The notes under the pieces were generated by a model, which was not told where the DNA came from, ran no database searches, and was given only the letters and a program-made list of their open reading frames with translations. A stretch of DNA of 28,971 nucleotides from Candidatus Latescibacterota bacterium (GTDB lineage Bacteria; Latescibacterota; UBA2968; UBA8231), in assembly GCA_965205655.1 (NCBI GenBank), contig CBDBIJ010000044.1, positions 1 through 28,971 of the forward strand, given 5' to 3'. A program made the translations under genes and the position numbers. Below, piece by piece: positions 15,715 to 25,551 of this stretch; positions within the stretch are counted from its first letter, which is position 1; every line of letters begins with the position of its first letter.

Positions 15715-17155
15715 GGGTCACGCCCATGCTGTAGTATTGAAACACCGGCGGGGGGAAGCAGATCTCCGGCTGTGTCCAGTGCTCGAAATCCTCGCTTTCG
15801 ATACGAGCCACACACCGCCGCCAATTCTCAAGCTTGGCTCTCACATAGGCCACATACCTGTTGATCTGGGGATCCCAGAAAGCGCACTGGCCCGTATCGC
15901 TGGCAAACTTCGCCACCGGGTTGAGCCTCGAGCCCTTCCAGTGGATGCCGTCCGCTGAGAACGCCACATGGATCCCCTTCGTCTCCGCGTGATCGGGGTC
16001 GTACCCATAATCCCCGGTAAACAGCTTGTACCGACGTGCCGGGTCGGCGTCGTGCCCATCATAGAACACGCACGGCCCGGCCAGCGCCTGGCCCATCGGG
16101 AGCCAGACGAGGTTAGTTCGCTCGTGATCCTGGAAAGGAAACAGGTCGAGTTCTGGCTTGACCCACGTGCGTCCGCCATCGGTTGATTCGGCATAGGCGA
16201 GCTTGTCGTCTGGTTCATCGGGATTACCCTTGGCCTCGTAATAGAGGCGAAGCTTCTTTTTCTGCGGGTCCCACAAAGCGCTGCCGTACAAGTCGCATTG
16301 CACTGCCTCCCACGGCTTTTCACGCTTGAGAACTGGGTTTTCCGGGTGCTTCACCGGATGACCCAGGCGACGCTCAAGTCCTTCGGATTGCTCAATGATC
16401 CAATCATCCAGGAACAGCTGCCGCTGTTGACCAATATGACGGGCGGTGTCGGCCACACGAATCGGGTCGATCGTAGTGCCGATCGTCAACCGCTGCCAAA
16501 CAGCCGTGCCGCGCCCGTGGATCACCGGATGGCCGAACAGGACGCCCGGCAATGCGGGTCGACTCCTGAGCTCAGCCAGAGGGACCTCCATGGGCTCGAG
16601 GCCCGCGTCCTGGACCGAAAGACGAACCACGGGGTTCCCTTCCCTCCCGCGTCCAAGGAGTTCCAGCACGTAGGTTCGCGTCACGTCGAGCGGGATCTCG
16701 TAGCTGCCCAGCACCACCGGTTTGAGCAGCCAGTCGGGCCAGTTATACTCGCCGAAGCCCTCTAACGCTTCACCACCATCAGCGAAAAAGACGACCTGAC
16801 CGGGCTTGAGCGAGACGAGCTCCTCGAGAAATCCGACGCCGAAGGTCTTGCCGTCGATCGTGGTAACGGCCACACACGTGGCCGCCGGGCTACCGATGCT
16901 CTGCAGCACCCGCAATGTTGCTTCGATCCGCAGATCGGTACCCTGGCCGAACTCCTCCGGAGTAAGTCGTTGACGGTAGTACCGCCCTCGCCCCCCGCGG
17001 TGGTCGTCGGTCGACGTATCAGACGTAATGAGCTCACCCCCAGAAATACGGGCTTTGCCAAGCTCTGCCGACCAAATTCCAAGGTTCAGCGATGGATGAT
17101 GCGGCTCAAGTGAGCAAGCGGCGATGTAGTCGCTCAGCACTTCGCTCATCTCCAT
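15715..17155 (-). pseudogene. Beta-propeller glycoside hydrolase-like protein (GH32/43/130-like fold), 5' part, interrupted by IS256
   Basis: Motifs RQLFLDDWII, PVKHPENPVL, YAESTDGGRTWVKPEL, AFSADGIHW, WDPQINRYVAYVR, ESEDFEHW. An alternative ATG at 17149 overlaps the upstream stop (ATGA). Confidence 0.75.
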
Positions 17156-18586
17156 GCCTCCAGAAGAAGAGTGCTAGGCCTTGCCCGCAGGCGCACGAGT
17201 TTGCCGCCGCCGGGCATCAGGCTCACGGTCGCCCGCGACCGGTCCGAGGCCTTGTTCCACTTCCGCTCCTCGGCGTCGAACACCTCCAGTGGCCCCGGAC
17301 CGACTACGGTCGTGGTCACGTCCCTGGTGTAGTCCAGGTTCACCACCAGCACATGGGAGGGGTCGTCGGTGGTACCGAAGTAGCCCAGAAGAATACCACT
17401 CGCCTTGTCCGCAGCCACCGCGGGGTCCACGGTAAAGCCGGCGTCGGCAGGCAGTTCCACCCCGCCCTCGGGAACGGTGCCCAGATGATACACCGCCAGG
17501 GAAGTCAGCGGCTGCAGCTTCTCGCCGATGGCAACAAACTCGGGGTGGATCTGCCGCACGGCCTTGCCCAGCGGGGTCAGCGTACGATCCGGATTCTCAA
17601 TCCCGCCCCAATGCTCTGCCCCCTCATAGGCGTTGTAGACGAACTGGCAGATGCCCTGGCCGCCGTAGGCCAGCGTAGTGGTGGCCAGGAATCTTCCCTC
17701 GTCGCCGTTGGGCGTACGCCAGCCCGGACCCATCGCGGCAGCCTGGATGACGTTGAGAAAGGGCAGGCCGTTCTTCACCGCCGCCTCCCGGACGAGGGCC
17801 AGGTTCAGGAAGTAGTCACTGCCATCGTATGGTCTGTCCGTGTGTCGCATGTGGTAGTGGTCATAGCTGATCAAGTCGGGTTTCACGACCTCTATGAACC
17901 GGCGGAGGTACTCCCGGTAGGCGGACACCTTATCGCCCGAGGTGCCCTGCGCCGCGGCGCTGGCGTAGGTGGGAAACAGATTGATGTGGACCATGTGCTC
18001 AGGATCACGCTCGCGAACGTAGGCCACCATCCTGCCCAACGCCGGAAACTCCTTGGCGCCCGGCTCATCGTAGATAGTGTAAGCGTACATCGCCGGATGG
18101 TCCTTGACCCTTTTCCAAGAGCGCATCGAGTTTCGCGAGCCACTCCGGGTCGTCCAGCGCACTCGTGTCAAACACATTCCGCCACGGTGGCTCCCCCTCA
18201 TGAACATCCAGCATCCCACGCAGCCCGTGAGCGTGAGCACTGTCCAGGTCCTCAACATTCCGGCAGAACATCAGGTTGAAACCGCCCTCAGCCAGCTTCC
18301 TGGCGACCGCCGGCGATATTTTCTCGAATCGAGGAGGCCCGGATTCCTCCGTCTCTTGTTTCGGCGGTGAAGATCCTTCGATCCAGATGCTTTCCTCGCC
18401 GCCCGCCCCAGGGCCCTGCATGTACCAGACGATGGGGGTACCGATCTTCCACAGGCTGTTCTCCGGTCGCCCTGGCGCGGGAGTTCCCGCGAACTTGGTC
18501 GACGCTCTGCATCCCGCCCCCAGCAGCACAAAGCCCAGGACCACGCACAACCATCTCATGCCGATATCCGAAAGCCTGTCATTCAT
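17146..18586 (-). pseudogene. Putative lipoprotein glycoside hydrolase-like (TIM-barrel type) protein, one frameshift near 18110
   Basis: Signal peptide with lipobox (MRWLCVVLGFVLLGAGC). ...LDALLE(K) continues as VKDHPAMYAYTIYDEP...HINLFP...SYDHY only after removing one base from GAAAAGGGTC. Confidence 0.7.
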
Positions 18587-18684
18587 TTGAGAGCCCTGAA
18601 ACCGGCTAATTCGTACCCGTTGACCCCGGTGCGGGATACAGGTAGGCCCCAAATGCGTTGATGTTCGGTCCATACACCCCGTCG

Positions 18685-18867
18685 CTATCGGTTCATTTCG
18701 CTCTTGAATGCTTCGTATAGCTCTGGCACGCCCGCTTCCTTCGCATCGCCGTCGTGGGCGAGGATTCGAATCCCCAGGTCAAGTTCGCCGCCCCGGTTCA
18801 GATCTCCACGCTTTTTTGAGAACGGGTTCACGTTTATCGTCCCCCAGTCGGAACAGTACCATGGCCG
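18685..18867 (-). pseudogene. C-terminal remnant of a PmoA/DUF6807-like protein
   Basis: Translates as RPWYCSDWGTINVNPFSKK...LDLGIRILAHDGDAKEAGVPELYEAFKSEMNR*, resembling the W..RDYG...NPF...YR..VH.GD end of that family. The 5' part is replaced by IS256 sequence. Confidence 0.6.
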
Positions 18868-20089
18868 GATCGAGGCGATCCAATGGCTGATTCCCTTGGG
18901 GCTGCAGGCGGTCGCGGAGGAGCTGCAAAGAGCGGTCGTTGAGTTGGCTGGGCCGCGGTATCAGCGCAAGGGGTCGGATCAGCCGTTACGCCGCTGGGGG
19001 TCTCAGCTCGGGTCGGTGTACCTGGCCGACCAGAAACTACCCGTCGATGTGCCGCGGGTGCGCAACGTGGCCAACCATACCGAGGTCCCGCTGGATGTTT
19101 ACCAGGCACTGCAGACGCCTCGACAGATGGACGAAGGTCTGCTGTTGCGGATGCTGAAGGGCATCGCCACGCGCAACTACGAGGCCTGCGCTGAGGCCGT
19201 ACCCGAGGCCTTTGGTCTGTCATCCTCATCGGTGTCCCGTCGTTACGTGAAAGGCACGGCTCGAAAGCTGGCTGAATTCCAGGAGCGATCCCTGGAAGGA
19301 TATGATCTGGTGGCGCTATTCCTCGACGGCAAGAGCTTCGCGGACGAGGAGATCATCATCGCCCTGGGCGTCACCCTCGACGGACAGAAGATTCCTCTTG
19401 GCTTCGTGCAGGCGGCCACGGAAAACGAGCGCGTCTGCCGTCGCTTCCTGTCCGATCTGGTCGAACGCGGTATGCAGTACGAAGCCGGACTGTTGGTCGT
19501 CATCGACGGCGCCAAGGGGCTTTACAAGGCGGTGATGTCGGTGCTCAAAGGACATGCCTGCGTGCAGCGCTGCCAGTATCACAAGCGCCAGAACGTCGTG
19601 TCGTATCTGTCCAAAAGCGAGCAGTCCGGTATGGGTCGCAAGATGGAGGCGGCCTACGGCAAACCGAGATACGAGGCGGCCAAGGCGGCACTGGACGCGC
19701 TCAAACCGGGCTTGAAGTTGATGAATCAGTCCGCCCTACACAGCCTCGAGGAAGGCATGGAAGAGACCCTCACACTCCATCGGTTGGGACTGACGCCGAT
19801 GCTCAAGGATTCCTTCCGCACCACCAACTGCATCGAGAACGTCAACAGTCTCCTGGAGCAGCTCACACACAACGTGCGACGCTGGACCAACTCATCACAG
19901 CGTCACCGTTGGGTAGCCACGGCACTGCTCGACATCGAACCACGTCTGCGCAGGGTCAAGGGCTATCGCCATCTGCCGATGCTCCGGCAAGCCATACAAG
20001 CCGAACTCGGCATCAAACAGCTCGCGATGATGGGCTGACACACTCACCCGAGCCTGTGATTTGTTTCAACTGAAACTGGACCTTGACCC
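18866..20089 (+). mobile_element. IS256-family element, left end deleted; transposase remnant 18866-20038
   Basis: Motifs LIPLGLQAV, VPRVRN, LFLDGKSF, VIDGAKGL, QRCQYHK, FRTTNCIENVN. Right end TTTCAACTGAAACTGGACCTTGACCC is present; no matching left IR was found. The first ~54 aa of the ORF-track protein are antisense to the PmoA-like remnant. Confidence 0.85.
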
Positions 20090-20331
20090 AGATTTCCCTG
20101 ATGATAGTACCCACGGCTGGCCAAAAGTCCCTGGATCATTTCGAACTCACCGTCTCCGATCACCAGGTCCAGGTCTATGACCGGTTTGGCGGTCATTCCA
20201 GGCACAGCGGTACTGCCAACGTGATCAATCCGTAGACAAGCGTCGTTTATCTCTTGACCGAGATGCGCCAGGATGGTCTCGAACCACTTGGGCCACGCAG
20301 GATTGTATCTCTCTACAAGTGTGACAGGCAT
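20090..20331 (-). pseudogene. GrpB/UPF0157-family nucleotidyltransferase-like protein, 3'-truncated by IS256
   Basis: Motifs YNPAWP..F, IDHVGSTAVPGMTAKPVIDLD, GYYHQGNL, after which the frame runs into the IS end. Confidence 0.88.
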
Positions 20332-20425
20332 TCTCGAGTCCCGCGCGTGATTGTCTGTCTGCGCAACGACGGTGATCTAAGCGCCAACCAGTCTCAGGAC
20401 GTCAGGCAAGGCAAGTATTTGGGTT

Positions 20426-21483
20426 CGCGAATTCACATACTAAGTGCGATAAGAGGCGATCTGGGATACTGTAGTCTCCTAACCCGGCTAAAGGAAGGGA
20501 GGCTACGTTAGCGTATCACCAGATCACCTGTGAAGAACGATACATCATTTGGGCACTGAGACGAAAAGAGGTAACCGTGGCTGAGATCGCACGGACCCTT
20601 GGACGGCATCCAAGTTCGATCTATCGAGAGGTCCAACGCAACCGCGGGCGAGCGGATGGATTCTACCGGCCTTTGCAGGCGCACGGCTACGCGCGCACCA
20701 GGCGGTCGCACTCGCGGCGGAACTTCCGCCTCTCCACCGCTGACTGGGATCTCGTCCAGGAACTGCTCAAGAACGACTGGAGCCCCGAGCAGATCGCTGG
20801 ATGGCTCCGTCGCTACCGAATCCTCGAGATCAGCCACGAGACCATTTATCGTCACGTCTGGGCTGACAAACGACGCGGTGGCTCCCTCTACCAGCACCTG
20901 CGCGGCGCCACCAAACTACGACGTACAGCGACACGGCACCTACGACTCTCGAGGACGACTGGCCGGAAAGAGGCCGATCGAGGACCGACCCGCCGCGGCC
21001 GACAACCGCTCCCGCGTCGGACACTGGGAGGCCGACACAATGCTCGGCGACGGCAGGCCGTGCGTCGTCACCCTCGTGGAACGAAAGACCGGGTACGTCG
21101 AGATCGGAAAGCTCAACGCGCGAACGGCCGACGAGCTCAGCCGACGGACTCTCCAGCTCATCCACCGCCAACCCCGCCCCGTACACACCATCACCGCAGA
21201 CAACGGAACCGAATTCCACAGCTACGCCGACATCGAGCGCGTCACCGATACCCGCTTCTACTTCGCCAATCCCCATCACGCCTGGGAACGAGGCACCAAC
21301 GAGAACACCAATGGCCTCATTCGACAGTACTTGTCCAAGAAAAAAAGCATGGCCGACCTCACCCAGTACGACTGCAACGCCATCGCACGAAAACTCAACC
21401 GAAGACCACGAAAACGACTCGGATATCTAACCCCAGAGGAGTACTACAATCCCTGAGTGTCGCACTTCAAAGTTGATGCTACG
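20426..21483 (+). mobile_element. Second type of IS30-family element (B, about 1058 bp)
   Basis: 26-bp imperfect IRs CGCGAATTCACATACTAAGTGCGATA and CGTAGCATCAACTTTGAAGTGCGACA. 3-bp TSD GTT at 20423-20425 and 21484-21486. Confidence 0.88.
20508..21456 (+). pseudogene. IS30-family transposase B, mutated start codon and frameshift
   Basis: After a GGAGG SD the frame begins TTA-GCG-TAT-CAC-CAG-ATC-ACC (xAYHQITCEERY). One extra base near 20925 separates WSPEQIA/ISHETIY from GHWEADT/ITADNGTEF/WERGTNENTNGLIRQY. Confidence 0.88.
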
Positions 21484-21697
21484 GTTTTCCCGACCATTCC
21501 TCGGCCTCGGGTCTGAACACATCCATCTCTTCCGGGCGGAAGAGCACGGCCTTCATGCCTACGGCGGAGGCGCCAGACAGCTCATTGCTGCCACCATCTC
21601 CGACAAAGAGCGTCTCAGCCGCGGAGACACCTAGCCGACGTAGCGCCTCGTCGTAGATCGATGCCGCAGGTTTCTTGGCCGCATGTGCGGTCTCCAT
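21484..21697 (-). pseudogene. HAD-family hydrolase C-terminal fragment
   Basis: KKPAASIY and LFVGDGGSNELSGASAVGM (HAD motifs III/IV). The DxD motif I half is absent. The C-terminus is cut by IS30-B and a short tail remains at about 20377-20425. Confidence 0.8.
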
Positions 21698-21713
21698 TGG
21701 GCTATCGAGCCGA

Positions 21714-22328
21714 TCAGGCCCCCTCGGGTGCCGGGTTGGGATGAAACAGCTCTCCCCGGTCCTCAGCCTGCGAGTAGTCAGGGTTCTTTATCTTGATCCA
21801 TGGACTCCTGCCCTTCAATTCCCGATACGGACTCGCCCTGGGTTTCGCAACGATGCCCTCCATATCCCGCTCGCAGATCAGGTCGAACAGCTGCTTGCCC
21901 TCGCCGTCAACATAGTCCACGTAGTGCAGCCGCTGAGGGCCCTTCTCGACGAGGTCCTTCAGCACCTGCTTCCGCTCGACACAGGGCTTGTCTCGCAGGT
22001 CCTGGCCGTCGACCATGAGAATGTCGAAGGCGTAGAAGTGTGCGGGCGCACGTCCGAACATCAGGTCGTAGAATTGAGGCCGGCCCTCGTCGTCAACGCA
22101 GACCAGTTCGCCGTCGAGGATCGTCCCGCTCTCTACCGCTGTCAAAGCTCGCGATAGGTCCTTGAACCGCTGGTAGGTGTTACCCTTGCGAGACACCAGC
22201 CGGCACGTACCGTCTTCTATGTATGCCAGGCTGCGGAATCCATCATACTTGACTTCGAAGAGCCAGTCGGGATCGCTGAAGGGTGCAGACTGCTGAATCA
22301 GGGGGAGCGGAGTGATGTTCGGTCGCAT
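21714..22328 (-). CDS. ATP-dependent DNA ligase, adenylation domain only (LigD/LigC-like)
   Basis: Motifs FEVKYDGFR (KxDG), LVSRKG, ILDGELV, YAFDIL, MEGIVAK, WIKIK. The ORF ends shortly after motif V with no OB fold. Confidence 0.88.
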   Translation of the reverse strand: MRPNITPLPLIQQSAPFSDPDWLFEVKYDGFRSLAYIEDGTCRLVSRKGNTYQRFKDLSRALTAVESGTILDGELVCVDDEGRPQFYDLMFGRAPAHFYAFDILMVDGQDLRDKPCVERKQVLKDLVEKGPQRLHYVDYVDGEGKQLFDLICERDMEGIVAKPRASPYRELKGRSPWIKIKNPDYSQAEDRGELFHPNPAPEGA

Positions 22329-22353
22329 TCTGCTGATTCCGATGCCAATGCAG

Positions 22354-22798
22354 TCAAAGATCCAGGACCATCAGCTCGTTGCCGAAGACGACTTCGCCGT
22401 CGTATATGTCGGCAATCGCCCGTCGCGCGCGCTCGAGGGACTCCGGCTGGGTGAAGCCTTCGCAGAAGTGCGTCAGCACGAGACGGCTGACGCCCGCCTC
22501 AGCGGCGATTTCGGCGACGTCGCGGGTGCCGCTCATCGCTTTCGCCACATCGTCGCGATCGACGATCTCCTGGTGATCCCAGCAGGTGATGACGAGCACA
22601 TCCGCGCCGCAAGTGAGCTCGATCGGCGGCGGACACGGTTTTGTGTCGGTGGCAAAGACGATGCTGAGCCCGTCACAGACAACGCGGTAAACGAGCAACT
22701 TCAACCAGGGCTCCATGTGGCTGCCGAGAGCGGAACTCAGTTGCCAGCTCCGCGGTCGGCGTCGGATTGCCGGCGCACAAGATGTGGAGTCGTCTCAT
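22354..22798 (-). pseudogene. RNase Z-like MBL-fold metallo-hydrolase with a large internal deletion
   Basis: ATG 22798 gives MRRLHILCAGNPTPTAE, a typical N-terminus. It is joined out of frame near 22748 to SWQLSSALGSHMEPWL...FATDT...ADVLV...AAEAGVSRLVLTHF. The HxHxDH motif is missing. Confidence 0.78.
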
Positions 22799-22962
22799 TA
22801 GTCACTCGAATAGGGCTCAGGGCCAGTCGGTTTCCAGGCACAGTATATTGAGACAGCCGGACGAATCGGACAAACGATCGGTCGACGGGTTACTGTTGTC
22901 TGGTTACTATTGAGACGGTCACCGATGATCAATTCAGCGCTCACCCTTTACGGGAGAAACCC

Positions 22963-24270
22963 ATGAGCAACCGGCCCAACATCCTGCTGATCTTTACCGA
23001 CGAACAGTCGGCCGATGCCATGAGCTGCGCCGGCAACGTCGAGATCTCGACGCCGGCGATGGATCGCCTCGCCGCTGACAGCATCCGCTTCGAGCGCGCC
23101 TACTGTGCAGCGCCGTCCTGCGCTCCCGCGCGCAACAGTCTCCACACAGGCAGGATGCCCCATCAGGTCGAATTCAACGACGACAACCGAATCGCCAATC
23201 CGGAAGAAACCCTCGGCCGCATCCTCTCCAAGGCTGGTTACGATTGTTATTACGCCGGAAATCGCGCGTTCGCCGTGACTGAGGACCCTGATATCTGCGG
23301 CTATCAACCCCTCTCCCCCAAAGGCGATGACATCACTGCCCAGCGTTCGGCGGAGTTCCTGGAGGAGCGCGGACGCAGCCAAAGCGAAAATCCGTTCTTT
23401 CTGGTGTCTTCCTTCATCAACCCGCACAATATCTACCAGTGGGCTCGGGACCAGGACACCTATCTCGGCGGCGTCGAAGAACGCCCCATCCACGACTGTC
23501 CGATCCTGCCGCCAAACCACCACATGGCGCCCTTTACGCCCCAGTGCGTCAAGGCTTACCTCGGCGGCCACTCGCCGGCCTACGCGGCGCCCCAACCGAT
23601 CGACGATCCCAATTGGTGGCGACGATACCGCAACGCCTACTTCCGCATGATCGAGATGGCGGACGCGCAGATCGGAATCGTGCTCGACGCCCTGCGTGAC
23701 TCAGGACAGTACGACGACACCCTCGTTCTCTTCATCAGCGACCACGGCGACTGCGCCGGCGCCCATCAATGGCTGTGGAAGAACGTGCTTTACGAGGAAG
23801 CGCTAAAAGTGCCGTTCGTCCTCAAACCGCCATCCGGAAGCGAAGCTGGCCTGTCCAATCTTTTCGTCTCCACCGGGCTCGATATCTTGCCGACCTTCTG
23901 CGACTATGCCGAGACTGATCCACCAGCAGGGCTACAGGGCCGCTCTCTTCGACCGCTGGTGGAAGGATCGAAGGAAGCCGAGGATTCCTGGCGCCAGCAG
24001 CTCGTGGTCGTCACCGACCGCCATGATTACGGCATGGTGGGCCGTGCGGCTTTCGAAGACAATATGAAGTACGTGATCTACGAATGGGGTCGGTATCGCG
24101 AGCAGCTGTTTGATCTGCAAACCGACCCAGGTGAGATGGTGAACCTCGCTTCGAGCTCTCGTTTTACTCCGGACCTGGTGAGGATGCGATCTTTTCTACG
24201 CGAGTGGTGCACCGAGACCGGGGACTACTTCAAACACGTTCCCAAAGGCAACGACCCCGCTCTCTACTAA
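22963..24270 (+). CDS. Formylglycine-dependent (Cys-type) sulfatase-like hydrolase
   Basis: Motifs RPNILLIFTDEQ, CAPARNSLHTGR (CxPxR), NPH, FISDHGD, KNVLYEE..KVP, QLFDLQTDPGEMVNLA. Confidence 0.92.
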   Translation: MSNRPNILLIFTDEQSADAMSCAGNVEISTPAMDRLAADSIRFERAYCAAPSCAPARNSLHTGRMPHQVEFNDDNRIANPEETLGRILSKAGYDCYYAGNRAFAVTEDPDICGYQPLSPKGDDITAQRSAEFLEERGRSQSENPFFLVSSFINPHNIYQWARDQDTYLGGVEERPIHDCPILPPNHHMAPFTPQCVKAYLGGHSPAYAAPQPIDDPNWWRRYRNAYFRMIEMADAQIGIVLDALRDSGQYDDTLVLFISDHGDCAGAHQWLWKNVLYEEALKVPFVLKPPSGSEAGLSNLFVSTGLDILPTFCDYAETDPPAGLQGRSLRPLVEGSKEAEDSWRQQLVVVTDRHDYGMVGRAAFEDNMKYVIYEWGRYREQLFDLQTDPGEMVNLASSSRFTPDLVRMRSFLREWCTETGDYFKHVPKGNDPALY

Positions 24271-24299
24271 GGACGACGTCAGCTGACTCTCTCGCTTTC

Positions 24300-25517
24300 T
24301 TACTGGAGGCGAAACACGCTGCCCGCGATATGGCGGGTGCCGCCGAAGTTGTTGCCGTCGTCTTCCATATAGTAGTACGCGGTGAAGATGCGCCCATCAT
24401 CCAACTCGGTAGCCACTGCGTACGCCAGGTCTGCGTCGCTGGCATCGGCGCGAATGACCGCCTCGGCCGACCACGTGGCGCCATCGTCTTCGCTGACGAT
24501 CAGGCCCATCCCAAACGGCGCGTGGCGCCGGCCGAAGACCACCACAATCCGGCCATCGCGCAGGCGTAGCGGCCACGGCGAGCGGTAGAGCACTCCCCGC
24601 CGCACCGCCCCTGACCAGGCGTGGTCCCGCGTTAGGGATGCCCAGGGGGACTGGCCCCAGACAACGAGGGGCTGTGGCTGGCTCCAGCTATAGCCGCCGT
24701 CGTCGGAGTAGGTCATCGCCAGGGCATGGCGGATGCCGCCGATCTGGTTGATGTAGCACTGCAACCGGCCACTGGGCAACAGCACGAGGTTTGCGTAACC
24801 CGGCCGGCCGCGGAGGGTAGGATCGTTAGCTACCTCGGCCAGGTACTGCCAGGACAGGCCGTTGTCATCGGAGCCATAGAGACCGATGACCGCCCCCACA
24901 TAGTCGCTGTCTCCGCCGGTGTTGCGATTGTCCAGCCACGCCGGCATTACTGCCGTGCCGTCGGCCAGCACGGTGAGCGGCGCACTGTCAAAAGAGGCGA
25001 AGTTGAAGCCCGGTGGTGGTGACACCCGCGTAGGCACGGATTCCCAGCTGTGGCCCCGGTCGCTGGAGCGGAACGCGAAGCACTCTAGCGTTGGTTCCCT
25101 ATCGCCGGTAGGACTGATCGCGTGCCGGCCGAAGTAGACAAGCGTATCGGGGCTGGTGAGATCAAAAGCCTCCCGGTCCACGTCTTGCGCATCAGTACTA
25201 TGCAGGACCTCCAGCCGCTCAGTCAAAGGCAGCGAGTGGTCCCAGACAACCACATCGTTCTCCGGCAGCCACGTCTCCCCCGAGTCATACGAACGCTGGA
25301 GCAATACGCTGGCGCGGTCCATATAGTGACCGAAACCGTGGGAGATGTCATCGCGAGTCTGGTACTTCGCCGGGGCGTGGAAGTGGGCCACAACTAGCTC
25401 ACCGGCGCCGAAGTTGCGGAAAGGCAACTGGCGCGGATGTCCGCAGTAACGATCCTGGCCATAGCACAGCTTGCTGTGGTGCACATCTGTCAGGGATGGC
25501 GCGCTGCGTGTTCTCAT
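24300..25517 (-). CDS. Sialidase-like BNR/Asp-box beta-propeller protein
   Basis: Five Asp-boxes: SYDSGETW, SSDRGHSW, SDDNGLSW, SDDGGYSW, SEDDGATW. AGGAGG SD before ATG 25517. Confidence 0.85.
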   Translation of the reverse strand: MRTRSAPSLTDVHHSKLCYGQDRYCGHPRQLPFRNFGAGELVVAHFHAPAKYQTRDDISHGFGHYMDRASVLLQRSYDSGETWLPENDVVVWDHSLPLTERLEVLHSTDAQDVDREAFDLTSPDTLVYFGRHAISPTGDREPTLECFAFRSSDRGHSWESVPTRVSPPPGFNFASFDSAPLTVLADGTAVMPAWLDNRNTGGDSDYVGAVIGLYGSDDNGLSWQYLAEVANDPTLRGRPGYANLVLLPSGRLQCYINQIGGIRHALAMTYSDDGGYSWSQPQPLVVWGQSPWASLTRDHAWSGAVRRGVLYRSPWPLRLRDGRIVVVFGRRHAPFGMGLIVSEDDGATWSAEAVIRADASDADLAYAVATELDDGRIFTAYYYMEDDGNNFGGTRHIAGSVFRLQ

Positions 25518-25551
25518 CCAGCCTCCTTTTAAGAGCCGTGCCTGTCCAACT

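Noticed and set aside
18685..18867. Evidence of methane oxidation from the PmoA-like label
   Set aside because: The fragment resembles the soluble DUF6807-type family that carries this name, not the membrane pMMO subunit, and no pmoB or pmoC is present.
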